A DNA stretch of 32,000 nucleotides from Erysipelothrix inopinata (GCF_014396165.1 NZ_CP060715.1:1560001-1592000); one strand, 5' to 3'; positions 8,300-17,206 are shown, counted from the first letter of the stretch. Numbers and translations are program-made. Notes: generated by a model from the sequence alone, not told the origin.

Positions 8300-9224
8300 A
8301 CTTAGCATAGACAAAGTATACGAAACTCAAGATGGACATCGACTCGCAATTTATACAAAAGGTAATCCTGAGAAACCTGCGGTAATTTGTTTACATGGTG
8401 GACCGGGAGGGAACATACAACCCAACAGTTTCGATATTTTTAATTTAGATGAGTGGTTTGTGATTGCGTTTGATCAACGTGGTTGTGGTCAATCGACACC
8501 TTTCGCAACTTTAGAAAACAATACAATTTTTCATAGTGTTGAAGACATTGAAGGAATTCGTAAACTTTATAATCTTCAACAGGTCACATTATCGGGAGGA
8601 AGCTACGGCACGACACTTGCGCTTGCTTATGCCATTAAATATCCTGAGCATGTGTCTCAAATGGTCCTTCGCGGTATTTTCTTAGGAAGAGATGAAGATA
8701 CAGCATGGCTTTATCAAGAAGGGGCTTCCTATTTTTATCCTGAAGTTCATGAGCGATTTAAAGCAAACTTTACAAATGAACAAAAAGATAATCTTATTCA
8801 ATCGTATTACCATATTTTTAAAACAAAATCTGAAGATGTCGTGAAACAATATGCTAAGCAATGGGCGGATTGGGAAGGGGCGATTGTTAAATTAGTTCCT
8901 GAACAAGAAATGGAAGTAGAAATTACACCTACCGATATTAGTATTGGCTTATTGGAGTGTCACTATTTCGCAAATCATATGTTCTTTGAGTCGGATAACT
9001 ATATCTTAGATAATGCAGAGAAGTATAAAAATATCCCAACAATCATTGTCCATGGGCGCTATGATGTTGATTGTAGACCCAGCGGTGCCTTTGAATTAAA
9101 ACAAAAAATGTCTCAGTGTGAATTGTATTTTGCTCCAACAAGTGGGCACAGTGGTAGTGAACCTGAAATCAAACAATTTCTCACAAAGTCATTTGATAAT
9201 CTTGTATCGGAAAGGAAAGCATAA
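8289..9224 (+). CDS. pip: Proline iminopeptidase (alpha/beta hydrolase)
   Basis: HGGPGG...DQRGCGQS...GGSYG (nucleophile elbow) is the prolyl aminopeptidase signature. I chose the start at the ATG at 8289 (MLNKLS..). It overlaps the LOG gene by 11 nt. The tracked start at 8211 is out of frame inside that gene. Confidence 0.85.
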   Translation: MLNKLSIDKVYETQDGHRLAIYTKGNPEKPAVICLHGGPGGNIQPNSFDIFNLDEWFVIAFDQRGCGQSTPFATLENNTIFHSVEDIEGIRKLYNLQQVTLSGGSYGTTLALAYAIKYPEHVSQMVLRGIFLGRDEDTAWLYQEGASYFYPEVHERFKANFTNEQKDNLIQSYYHIFKTKSEDVVKQYAKQWADWEGAIVKLVPEQEMEVEITPTDISIGLLECHYFANHMFFESDNYILDNAEKYKNIPTIIVHGRYDVDCRPSGAFELKQKMSQCELYFAPTSGHSGSEPEIKQFLTKSFDNLVSERKA

Positions 9225-9227
9225 GTT

Positions 9228-9896
9228 ATGGCAAAAGACTATAAATCAGTATTTGATATCATTGGACCTGTTATGGTAGGTCCTAGTTCTTCGCATACTG
9301 CTGGAGCATGCCGAATTGGAAAAATGGCACGTGCTATTTTTGGTGACCAACCCGAAGTTGTGAATGTTTATCTCTTTGAATCGTTTGCGAAAACCTATCA
9401 AGGACATGGTACCAATGTTGCGCTTGCAGGAGGACTTCTAGGAATGAGTCCTGATGACGAACGGCTCCATGAATCACTTCTGATTGCTTTAGAAGCCGGA
9501 ATAACCATTCGTTTTATTCCTCTTGAAGAGAAAGTAGATCATCCGAATACAGCGAGAATCGTAATGAGTAAAGGCAATCGTAAAATGACTGTAACTGGAG
9601 TTTCTATTGGTGGTGGGAGTGCTAAAATTACAAAGATTGATGATATCTCTGTTGATATTGCTGGTGGTAACCCAACAATCCTGATATTCCATCAAGATAA
9701 ACCCGGTATGATTGCGAAAGTCGCTACCATTCTTAGTGAACTTCATATCAATATAGGGTCTATGAAAGTGGATCGTGAAGAAGTTGGAAAAGACGCTTAT
9801 ATGGTGATTGAACTTGATCAAGATCATCTGGCAACATCACTCGATGATTTACGGGCTATTGAGAGTGTTCGAAACGTTATGTTTATTCAAAATTAG
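9228..9896 (+). CDS. sdaAB: L-serine dehydratase, iron-sulfur-dependent, beta subunit
   Basis: SVFDIIGPVMVGPSSSHTAGA at the N-terminus, an ACT-like C-terminal domain, and an alpha subunit gene immediately after. Confidence 0.9.
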   Translation: MAKDYKSVFDIIGPVMVGPSSSHTAGACRIGKMARAIFGDQPEVVNVYLFESFAKTYQGHGTNVALAGGLLGMSPDDERLHESLLIALEAGITIRFIPLEEKVDHPNTARIVMSKGNRKMTVTGVSIGGGSAKITKIDDISVDIAGGNPTILIFHQDKPGMIAKVATILSELHINIGSMKVDREEVGKDAYMVIELDQDHLATSLDDLRAIESVRNVMFIQN

Positions 9897-9904
9897 GAGA
9901 GACT

Positions 9905-10774
9905 ATGTTTAAAACGGTAAAAGAATTAGTAGAACAAGCATCAACAAGTAGTTTGTTTGAAGTTATTATTGAGAGTGAAATGGCGCAATCAGGAAACTCA
10001 CGTGAAATGCTAATTGAAAAAATGAGTATGCAATTGGATGTCATGCTACGTTCGATTGAACGGGGACGTCAAGGTGTAAAATCCAAAACTGGACTTACAG
10101 GTATGGATGCTCAAAAATTAAATCATTATATTCATAATCATGAATCTATTTGTGGACCCACTGTCATGACTGCTGTACAAAACGCAATTGGAACAAACGA
10201 GGTTAATGCTGCTATGGGTTTAATTTGTGCTACGCCAACAGCAGGAAGTGCAGGGGTAGTGCCAGGTGTTCTTTCTGCTTTGATTGAGCGTTATGATTTA
10301 TCCCGCCAACAACAAATAGAATTTTTATTCATTGCGGGTGGATTTGGGCTTGTGATTGCAAATAATGCATCTATCTCAGGAGCAATGGGAGGATGTCAAG
10401 CAGAAGTAGGAAGTGCGAGTGCTATGGCTGCAGCAGCGACTGTTTCTGTATTAGGCGGAACACCTCAAATGGCTGCCGATGCCTGTGCAATGACAATCAA
10501 AAATATGCTTGGTTTAATTTGTGATCCTGTTGCGGGTCTTGTGGAAGTACCTTGCGTTAAAAGGAATGCTTTAGGAGCATCTCAAGCACTTGTTTCTGCT
10601 GATATGGCCCTTGCTGGAATTCAATCTCTCATTCCAGTTGATGAGGTTATTGCTACCATGCATAAAATCGGTACAGAACTCCCTTCTAAATTTAGAGAAA
10701 CCGGTGAAGGTGGGTTGGCAGATACACCGACTGCTCGAGAACATCAACAAAGAATTTTTGGAGATAACGAATAA
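9905..10774 (+). CDS. sdaAA: L-serine dehydratase, iron-sulfur-dependent, alpha subunit
   Basis: It has the ..ICATPTAGSAGVVPG.. and GGCQAEVGSAS..LICDPV..VEVPC motifs of SdaAA. Confidence 0.9.
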   Translation: MFKTVKELVEQASTSSLFEVIIESEMAQSGNSREMLIEKMSMQLDVMLRSIERGRQGVKSKTGLTGMDAQKLNHYIHNHESICGPTVMTAVQNAIGTNEVNAAMGLICATPTAGSAGVVPGVLSALIERYDLSRQQQIEFLFIAGGFGLVIANNASISGAMGGCQAEVGSASAMAAAATVSVLGGTPQMAADACAMTIKNMLGLICDPVAGLVEVPCVKRNALGASQALVSADMALAGIQSLIPVDEVIATMHKIGTELPSKFRETGEGGLADTPTAREHQQRIFGDNE

Positions 10775-10796
10775 ATTCGGTTTTTTATTACATGAG

Positions 10797-10820
10797 AAAA
10801 GTGTTTAATGACACTTTTTA
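10797..10820 (+). terminator. Probable rho-independent terminator after sdaAA
   Basis: AAAAGTGT ttaatg ACACTTTT followed by T. Confidence 0.45.
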
Positions 10821-11023
10821 CTAGATGATTAAATCTTGAGACATAATAGTCATGTAATACATGATTAAGATGATAGAAGCATTTCATACCCTAACATTTG
10901 ATTACCAAAGCGATTTTTACTTCTTGAGTGCGTCGAGAAGTATGAACGGTTCCTAACTTTTGTAATCACAATCATATCACTCAAGAGATTGTGTCAATGT
11001 ATTACCAAAGCTATCATCGACAT

Positions 11024-11056
11024 AAAAAGACGATTCCTCGGAATCGTCTTTTATTT
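11024..11056 (-). terminator. Rho-independent terminator of the msmX-like gene (bidirectional shape)
   Basis: The stem is GACGATTCC / GGAATCGTC, flanked by A5 on the left and T-runs on the right. Confidence 0.65.
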
Positions 11057-11065
11057 TGCATTCTG

Positions 11066-12166
11066 TTATTTGATGACAAATTCTGTTTCTTTATCAAAGA
11101 AGTGTGCTTTGTTTAAGTTTAATGCAAGTTCGATAACTTGATTTGGCTTGTATGATTGATTAACACCAACACGTGCAATCAGTTCTTGTTCGCCAGATAG
11201 TGCATAGAGCATTGTTTCAGCTCCAAGTAATTCAGAAACGGTCACTGTAGGTTTAATGATAGATTCAGGATTTGCATCAAGAACAAGTTGTTCGTCACGA
11301 ATATCTTCAGGACGAATACCCATAATAAGTTCTTTACCTTCATAACCTTTATCTTTCAACATTTTGTATTTACCTTCTGGTAAACAAAGTTTGAAACCAT
11401 CTGAAATAACACAGCCATCATTAAGTGTGACATTAAAGAAGTTCATCGCAGGAGAACCAATGAAACCAGCTACGAATACGTTTACTGGGTTGTTGTAGAC
11501 TTCTTTAGGTGATCCAACTTGTTGGATAAAGCCACCTTTCATGATAACAATACGGTCAGCCATAGTCATCGCTTCGGTTTGGTCATGGGTAACGTAAATT
11601 GTTGTTGTTTGCAAACGTTGGTGTAATTTTGTAATTTCAGCACGCATTGCGACACGAAGTTTCGCATCAAGGTTTGATAATGGTTCGTCCATAAGGAATA
11701 CTTTAGCATCACGAACAATCGCACGTCCTAAAGCAACACGTTGACGTTCACCACCCGAAAGAGCTGCAGGTTTTCTTTCTAAATAAGTTTCAAGACCTAA
11801 GATTTTAGCGGCATTCTTTACAGCTGCATCAATTTCATCTTTAGGTGTTTTACGAATTTTTAAACCGAAAGCCATATTGTCATAAACTGTCATATGAGGA
11901 TATAATGCATAGTTTTGGAAAACCATCGCAATATCACGGTCTTTAGGTTCAACATCATTCACAAGACGATCTCCAATGTAGAGTTCTCCTGAAGAAATAT
12001 CTTCCAAACCAGCAATCATTCGAAGTGTTGTTGATTTACCACAACCTGATGGTCCAACAAATACAATAAATTCTTTATCTTTAATTTCTAAGTTAAAATC
12101 TGTAACGGAATAATTAGGGTTTTTATCATATTTTTTATGAATCCCTTTTAATGTAATATCTGCCAT
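11066..12166 (-). CDS. msmX: Sugar ABC transporter ATP-binding protein (MsmX/MalK/UgpC family), with no adjacent permease genes
   Basis: It is near-colinear with B. subtilis MsmX as I remember it: [85 protein letters not shown]. An AAGGAG RBS is present. Confidence 0.9.
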   Translation of the reverse strand: MADITLKGIHKKYDKNPNYSVTDFNLEIKDKEFIVFVGPSGCGKSTTLRMIAGLEDISSGELYIGDRLVNDVEPKDRDIAMVFQNYALYPHMTVYDNMAFGLKIRKTPKDEIDAAVKNAAKILGLETYLERKPAALSGGERQRVALGRAIVRDAKVFLMDEPLSNLDAKLRVAMRAEITKLHQRLQTTTIYVTHDQTEAMTMADRIVIMKGGFIQQVGSPKEVYNNPVNVFVAGFIGSPAMNFFNVTLNDGCVISDGFKLCLPEGKYKMLKDKGYEGKELIMGIRPEDIRDEQLVLDANPESIIKPTVTVSELLGAETMLYALSGEQELIARVGVNQSYKPNQVIELALNLNKAHFFDKETEFVIK

Positions 12167-12265
12167 GAATAAGCTCCTTTTTATCTGTAGCTCTATTATA
12201 AATGTTTTAACTTATGCTATGATAGTGTCAACATGAACAATAAAAATGTGCAAGGAGTTGAAGTG

Positions 12266-13105
12266 ATGAAATTAATTGATCTTTTAAAGGTATATCCCAC
12301 AGCAATGCTCGAAAAATCGCAAGTTGGATTAGATTCTTGTTTAGTACTGACGGATGGTATTGATACGATAGCGATCCCCAATGATGTTTTATCAGAATCG
12401 GAAAGAGATTTGTTAGAACTTATGTATGGTCGGCAAGAACATTCAAATTCGCCGTGGTTTAATCGGCTTATAAATCATCAAGATACAACTAACCTAGCAG
12501 ATGTGGAATCATGCCGTTTGATTCATTTTGAAGTCGTTGGTAAAAACTTTGATAAACAATTATGGTTAGAAACTTTTGAATCGGGTTTTATCGATGTCGT
12601 CGATGATTTCTTTATCTCCGATAAATCGGGAATTGTTGTTGTTCGTGATGAGGTTCTTGATAAGGAATCGATATCCGGCTTAATTAATGCCCTCGATTCA
12701 GATTTTAATACAAAAACATCCATCTTTCTCGGAACGCCAATACTTCAACGCATTCATTTGGATGCGCTCTATGAAGAAGAGAAAACATTATTTAACCTTT
12801 TTAAACACCAACAGCCATTGACTGATTACTTATCGGTTTATACACCACATTTTTTAAGTAAGTTAACTCAAGATTCAACTACTGCAAAAATGTTGGCCTA
12901 CCGTCTTGCAAATGATCAAGAAATGCAAGAAATCATTGAAGTCATGTGGCAAGCTCAGGGGAATGTGAGTCTTGCTGCAGGGAAGTTATATATTCATCGT
13001 AATACTTTGAATCATAAACTGGATAAGTTTATAGATCAAACGGGTTTTAATCTTAGAGATATTCATCAACTTGCTTTGTTATATTTAATTGAATCAAACA
13101 TGTAA
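12266..13105 (+). CDS. PucR-family (PucR C-terminal HTH) transcriptional regulator
   Basis: The C-terminal ..GNVSLAAGKLYIHRNTLNHKLDKFIDQTGFNLRD.. is the PucR-type HTH. I chose the start at 12266, with an AGGAG RBS 8 nt upstream. The tracked ATG at 12233 is an alternative. Confidence 0.6.
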   Translation: MKLIDLLKVYPTAMLEKSQVGLDSCLVLTDGIDTIAIPNDVLSESERDLLELMYGRQEHSNSPWFNRLINHQDTTNLADVESCRLIHFEVVGKNFDKQLWLETFESGFIDVVDDFFISDKSGIVVVRDEVLDKESISGLINALDSDFNTKTSIFLGTPILQRIHLDALYEEEKTLFNLFKHQQPLTDYLSVYTPHFLSKLTQDSTTAKMLAYRLANDQEMQEIIEVMWQAQGNVSLAAGKLYIHRNTLNHKLDKFIDQTGFNLRDIHQLALLYLIESNM

Positions 13106-13123
13106 AAAAGAGATGTTCCATCA

Positions 13124-13164
13124 TGATAAGCTCCCCTTAAAGTAGACACCCGAAATAAATAAAA
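13124..13164. repeat. IS left terminal inverted repeat
   Basis: TGATAAGCTCCCCTTAAAGTAGACACCCGAAATAAATAAAA compared with the reverse complement of the right end. Confidence 0.8.
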
Positions 13165-13195
13165 ACGGGTACTACAAAAAGGAGGAGCTTTTTCT

Positions 13196-13900
13196 ATGGG
13201 TAGAAAGAATAAATATCCAGCGGAAATAAAAGAACAAGTAGTTAAAGAATATTTGAACGGCATAAAAGGTGCAATGGAAATATCCCAAGAATTATCGATT
13301 AATCCTGGGACATTGCGTAGATGGGTGAAAAAATACCAAATCGTCGGTGTTGAAGCATTCTCATATAAACCTCGAAATAAAAGTTATTCGAAAGAACTTA
13401 AGGAATCTGCTATTCAAGATTACCTTGAAGGACTAGGTTCTCTCGCAGATATTATTATCAAATACGATATAAGTTCCGATGAGGTTTTGCGTGGATGGAT
13501 AAACAAGTATAATAGACTTGAAACCATAAAGGATTACGATCCTAAAGGAGAAGTCTATATGACAAAAGGTAGAAAAACAACGATTGAAGAACGTCAAGAA
13601 ATTGTCGCACATTGTATTGAACATGACTACGATTATAAGGGAACCGCCGAGCTCTATGGTCTTTCCTATGCTCAAGTTTACCAGTGGGTTCAAAAATATA
13701 ACGAGATAGGATATGAAGGGCTTCTTGATAAACGTGGCAAACGAAAACAAGAAGATCAACTCAGTAATGAAGAACGTTTAGAACGTAAAATCAAACAACT
13801 CGAAAGAGAACTTGAACTGAAAGAACGTGAGAATATTCTATTAAAAAAAGTGAAGGAAATAGAAGGGCGGCGATATTCTCCAAAGCAAAACAAGAAGTAA
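13196..13900 (+). CDS. IS3-family transposase OrfA (HTH DNA-binding part with leucine-zipper-like tail)
   Basis: It has two HTH-like segments (..ISQELSINPGTLRRWVKKY.., ..TAELYGLSYAQVYQWVQKY..) and a coiled-coil LERKIKQLERELELKERENILLKK ending at the slippery site. Confidence 0.9.
   Translation: MGRKNKYPAEIKEQVVKEYLNGIKGAMEISQELSINPGTLRRWVKKYQIVGVEAFSYKPRNKSYSKELKESAIQDYLEGLGSLADIIIKYDISSDEVLRGWINKYNRLETIKDYDPKGEVYMTKGRKTTIEERQEIVAHCIEHDYDYKGTAELYGLSYAQVYQWVQKYNEIGYEGLLDKRGKRKQEDQLSNEERLERKIKQLERELELKERENILLKKVKEIEGRRYSPKQNKK
13843..13849 (+). promoter_or_regulatory. Programmed -1 ribosomal frameshift site A_AAA_AAA(G)
   Basis: The orfA frame reads TTA AAA AAA GTG. The -1 frame is open from at least 13840 through the orfB frame, so an OrfAB fusion transposase is expected. 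Confidence 0.6.
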
Positions 13901-13911
13901 AGTATCTTGCC

Positions 13912-14859
13912 GTGCAAGAACTTCATTATAAACATGGTTGGAGCATTCAATGGATGTGTAAGGTACTTAAAATCGCAAGAAGCAGTTATTATAAATGGAC
14001 GCACCGTGTTGAAACAAGCAATGAAATTGAGAATCATGAGCTTTGTAATCTCATTCTTGATTATGATGAAATGTTTGGACATATCTTAGGTTATCGACGA
14101 ATGACAGATTGGATTAATGAACTTAATAGAGTTCATTATAACCCAAAGAGGATTCATAGACTCATGAAGATGCTGGGTGTGAAATCAGTGATTCGTCAAA
14201 AGTCTAAAAAGTATTCACGAAGCACTCCTGAAATCACAGCTGAAAATATTTTAAATCGTAATTTCTTTGCTTCTAGACCAAATGAAAAATGGTTGACAGA
14301 TGTCACAGAATTTAAGATTAAAGGTTCAGGTAAGAAGCTGTATCTCAGTGCGATTATTGATCTTTATGATTTGAGTATTGTGGCGTACCACATAAGTGAT
14401 CGTAACAATAATCAACTTGTGTTTGATACTTATCATAAAGCTATCACGAGATATCCAGAGGCAAAGCCTTTATTTCACAGTGACCGAGGATTCCAATATA
14501 CAAGTAGGGTATTTAGAAAACAGCTAGAAGATCAAGGAATGATACAAAGTATGTCTAGAGTGGGACACTGTATTGATAATGGTCCTATGGAAGGATTCTG
14601 GGGAACTATCAAATCAGAAATGTACTATCCTAATGAATTCAATACTAAAAGCGAGTTAAAGAAAGCAATTGATGCGTATATTGATTTTTATAACAACAAG
14701 AGACTTCAAAAACGATTTAAAAACAAAACACCAATGATGGTTCGAACTGAAGCATTAGGATCAGAGACACCTATAAGTTATTCAATTCCAACCAACAAGA
14801 AAATTGAAGCTTATTGGTCAAACATTAGAGAAAAGCAAATGCAGGCGACTGTAGCATAA
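13912..14859 (+). CDS. IS3-family transposase OrfB (DDE integrase core)
   Basis: The DDE landmarks are WLTDVTEF, HSDRGFQYTS and CIDNGPMEGFWGTIKSE. The tracked start is a GTG. The real product is probably the frameshifted OrfAB. Confidence 0.9.
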   Translation: MQELHYKHGWSIQWMCKVLKIARSSYYKWTHRVETSNEIENHELCNLILDYDEMFGHILGYRRMTDWINELNRVHYNPKRIHRLMKMLGVKSVIRQKSKKYSRSTPEITAENILNRNFFASRPNEKWLTDVTEFKIKGSGKKLYLSAIIDLYDLSIVAYHISDRNNNQLVFDTYHKAITRYPEAKPLFHSDRGFQYTSRVFRKQLEDQGMIQSMSRVGHCIDNGPMEGFWGTIKSEMYYPNEFNTKSELKKAIDAYIDFYNNKRLQKRFKNKTPMMVRTEALGSETPISYSIPTNKKIEAYWSNIREKQMQATVA

Positions 14860-14900
14860 GAAAAGATGATTCATCGTAAAGCGATAAATCATCTTGGGTA

Positions 14901-14941
14901 TTTTATTTATTTCACCTGTCTACTTGACAGGGAGCAGTTCA
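14901..14941. repeat. IS right terminal inverted repeat
   Basis: Its reverse complement is TGAACTGCTCCCTGTCAAGTAGACAGGTGAAATAAATAAAA. Confidence 0.8.
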
Positions 14942-14961
14942 TCACGAACATCTCTTTTCTT

Positions 14962-16266
14962 TTACTTAAGATATTTATTCCAATATTCTTCATACGTTAA
15001 TCCGGAGTCATGAACCTTAGTTGCAAGGCCTTTTCCTAGATATCGAATATGCCAAGGTTCGTATTGATAGCCAGTGATGCTTTCTTTTCCTTTAGGATAA
15101 CGAATTATAAAGCCAAATCGGTGAGCGTTATTTGCAAGCCATACTGATTCTTCGGTATTACCAAAATCAAACATGTTGCCACCAGGAACAGTGACATCAA
15201 TGCTCAAGCCCGTCTGATGTTCTGAGAAACCAGGACGTGAAGCGAGTTGCAATGTTTTTTCATAGCCAATTTCACTAACATATTGATCAAAAATTCTTTG
15301 TTGTGATTCATAAGGTCGATATGAAGAGGTTACGAGAACTCTTTTTCCCGTTTCATTTTCTAAAGCATCGACTAAGGCCATGAAAGCTTGAACTGCTTCA
15401 GGGTGGGCACGGTAGCCGTGGTCAACCGCATAATGATTTGGGACTTCGCGAAGTTTTGGTACGAAACCATCAGGTAAACGTCGCGTTTTATTTACAAGAA
15501 CGCTAAGGCTATGCGCATCTGAAACCACGACATCGCCGTTGTTTCCAGATACACCAGGCTTTTCCTTATCAGGTTGTGTCGAGGTTTCAGGATCTTTTAC
15601 AACAGGCTCTTCAACTTCTTTTTTGGGAACAATAACACTGAAATTAAAAGTAATATTTGGATCTTCAGTGATGAAAATTTGAACAGGGTAAGTTCCCGGA
15701 TTGCTCATATTTAATTCTGTATCAATGGAACAATCTACATGTTTTGGTTCTTCACTAAAGTAGGGCGTTAACCCGAGGTATTTGAACTCCGCATCGAAGT
15801 CACTGCCCATTCGAATAGAATCATTCTCTTCGATTAATTTATCGAAATGATAAACCTCAATATAGGCGGATTTGCTGACTTCAGCTTTAACGGGTACTAA
15901 AACACGAGCATGTTGGCTTTTTTGTGTTAGTTTAATAATTAGTGTAAAATCATCGTCGATAGGTAATTGATTAGATCGACTGTTTTTTAGAGACAGCTTT
16001 TCATTTTGACTTGAAACAGCGTCCTCCCATGACATAGGCTCATCTTTTGCAAATTGAATCTCGTAGTCGATTTCTTCAAATTTACTGAGTGTAAAATCAA
16101 CCCAAGTATCAACTTGGCTTTTTGATAAGTAGTCATATTTCTCAACAACAGGGTTTTCATTAAATAGAATAACAGTCGGTTTGTTAAAGTATCGGTATGC
16201 GATAAATAACAGAATCCCAAAAACAACTGCGACTCCTGATAATATAAAATAGCGATATCGTTTCAT
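14962..16266 (-). CDS. Membrane-anchored D-alanyl-D-alanine carboxypeptidase (VanY / peptidase M15B) with a long N-terminal extension
   Basis: It has an N-terminal TM segment (YFILSGVAVVFGILLFIAY). The C-terminal M15B motifs are SYRPYESQ, SEHQTGLSIDV and EPWHIRY. An AGGGAG RBS is present. Confidence 0.8.
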   Translation of the reverse strand: MKRYRYFILSGVAVVFGILLFIAYRYFNKPTVILFNENPVVEKYDYLSKSQVDTWVDFTLSKFEEIDYEIQFAKDEPMSWEDAVSSQNEKLSLKNSRSNQLPIDDDFTLIIKLTQKSQHARVLVPVKAEVSKSAYIEVYHFDKLIEENDSIRMGSDFDAEFKYLGLTPYFSEEPKHVDCSIDTELNMSNPGTYPVQIFITEDPNITFNFSVIVPKKEVEEPVVKDPETSTQPDKEKPGVSGNNGDVVVSDAHSLSVLVNKTRRLPDGFVPKLREVPNHYAVDHGYRAHPEAVQAFMALVDALENETGKRVLVTSSYRPYESQQRIFDQYVSEIGYEKTLQLASRPGFSEHQTGLSIDVTVPGGNMFDFGNTEESVWLANNAHRFGFIIRYPKGKESITGYQYEPWHIRYLGKGLATKVHDSGLTYEEYWNKYLK

Positions 16267-16375
16267 AAGATCTCCCTTTCCTCATTATCATATCAAGTTA
16301 TTGGTTCGAAAACTATGTGAATTCGTGGGTAAAACGCAATAAATAGTGGTGATTGTGGTGGTATTCATGATTTCG

Positions 16376-16404
16376 TTGCATATTGTTATATTGTTATGTA
16401 GAAT
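16376..16404 (+). promoter_or_regulatory. Candidate sigma-A promoter of the GntR gene
   Basis: TTGCAT, a 17-nt spacer, then TAGAAT. The spacer is a tandem ATTGTTAT ATTGTTAT. Confidence 0.45.
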
Positions 16405-16427
16405 AAAGGAGATAGATGGAGGTTATT

Positions 16428-17123
16428 ATGAGACGTAAAACACTCTTATATATTGAGGTTGCTAACTCAATTAAAAAAGATATTTTAGAAGGAAAATATG
16501 AGGTAGGGGAGTATATCCCTACTGAAAACGAATTGGAGCAAATCTTTGATGTCAGCAAGATTACCGTTCGTAATGCTATTGATATATTAGTCAATGAAGG
16601 ATATTTAGCAAAGAAAAGTGGTAAGGGTACCACAGTATTAAGTAACCGTCTTTTTAATAAGCTTTCAAAAGCGCGTTCATTTTCATCAATATTAGAAGAA
16701 GATCACAAATTAGATAAACAATATGTATCATTTAAAGAAATCGATGTATCATCTAATGAGGAGCTTCATGAAACGTTTGGAAATAAAGCATATTGCTTAG
16801 AACGGGTATACTTTCTTGATGATCATCCTTATATCTATTTTCAACACTATCTCCCAATTGGTGAAGAAAATGGAATTGAAGACATTGAAAAACAATCCTT
16901 GTACAAATGGCTTGCTATGAATGGATATGAAGTTGAACACTTTAGAGATATGTTCTCAGTGGCAACAGTGGGTATTGCAATTCAAAATTTACTTGAAGTT
17001 AAATCAGATACCTTGCTATGTCGAAAACGATATTCATATGATCATAAAGGGAATATTATTGAACTTTCTTATGGCTATTATGATTCTCATAAGTATCCAT
17101 ATGTTATTGATTACGAAATATAA
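16428..17123 (+). CDS. GntR-family transcriptional regulator, HutC subfamily (UTRA effector domain)
   Basis: The N-terminal winged HTH is ..IPTENELEQIFDVSKITVRNAIDILVNEGYL..KSGKGTTV, followed by a UTRA-length C-terminus. I chose the start at 16428, with a GGAGG RBS 5 nt upstream. The ATG at 16416 is an alternative. Confidence 0.85.
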   Translation: MRRKTLLYIEVANSIKKDILEGKYEVGEYIPTENELEQIFDVSKITVRNAIDILVNEGYLAKKSGKGTTVLSNRLFNKLSKARSFSSILEEDHKLDKQYVSFKEIDVSSNEELHETFGNKAYCLERVYFLDDHPYIYFQHYLPIGEENGIEDIEKQSLYKWLAMNGYEVEHFRDMFSVATVGIAIQNLLEVKSDTLLCRKRYSYDHKGNIIELSYGYYDSHKYPYVIDYEI

Positions 17124-17155
17124 CAAGATTACATAAGTACAAACCAAGATACACG

Positions 17156-17184
17156 TTGATTGAAAAATCAGTTATACTTATCAT
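17156..17184 (+). promoter_or_regulatory. Candidate sigma-A promoter of galE
   Basis: TTGATT, a 17-nt spacer, then TATCAT, about 22 nt upstream of the galE ATG. Confidence 0.4.
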
Positions 17185-17206
17185 AGAGTTATACAGGAGG
17201 AATACA

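Larger units (their letters stand above)
13124..14941 (+). mobile_element. Complete IS3-family (IS150-like) insertion sequence, 1818 bp
   Basis: It has TG...CA ends and terminal inverted repeats matching 32/41 without gaps. The 3-bp direct repeats TCA lie at 13121..13123 and 14942..14944. The orfA/orfB arrangement includes an A7 slippery site. Confidence 0.9.

Noticed and set aside
10590-10808. ORF 10590..10808(+)
   Set aside because: It overlaps the 3' end of sdaAA in another frame and has no independent support.
13433-14089. ORFs 13433..13759(-), 13756..14082(-) and 13907..14089(+) inside the IS
   Set aside because: They are shadow frames of the transposase genes. They are low-complexity and have no RBS.
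14735-14752. tRNA-like GGTTCGAAC motif
   Set aside because: It lies within the IS orfB coding sequence and has no surrounding cloverleaf (acceptor or anticodon stems).
16394-17136. ORFs 16394..16633(-) and 16921..17136(+)
   Set aside because: They are shadows of the GntR-family gene.
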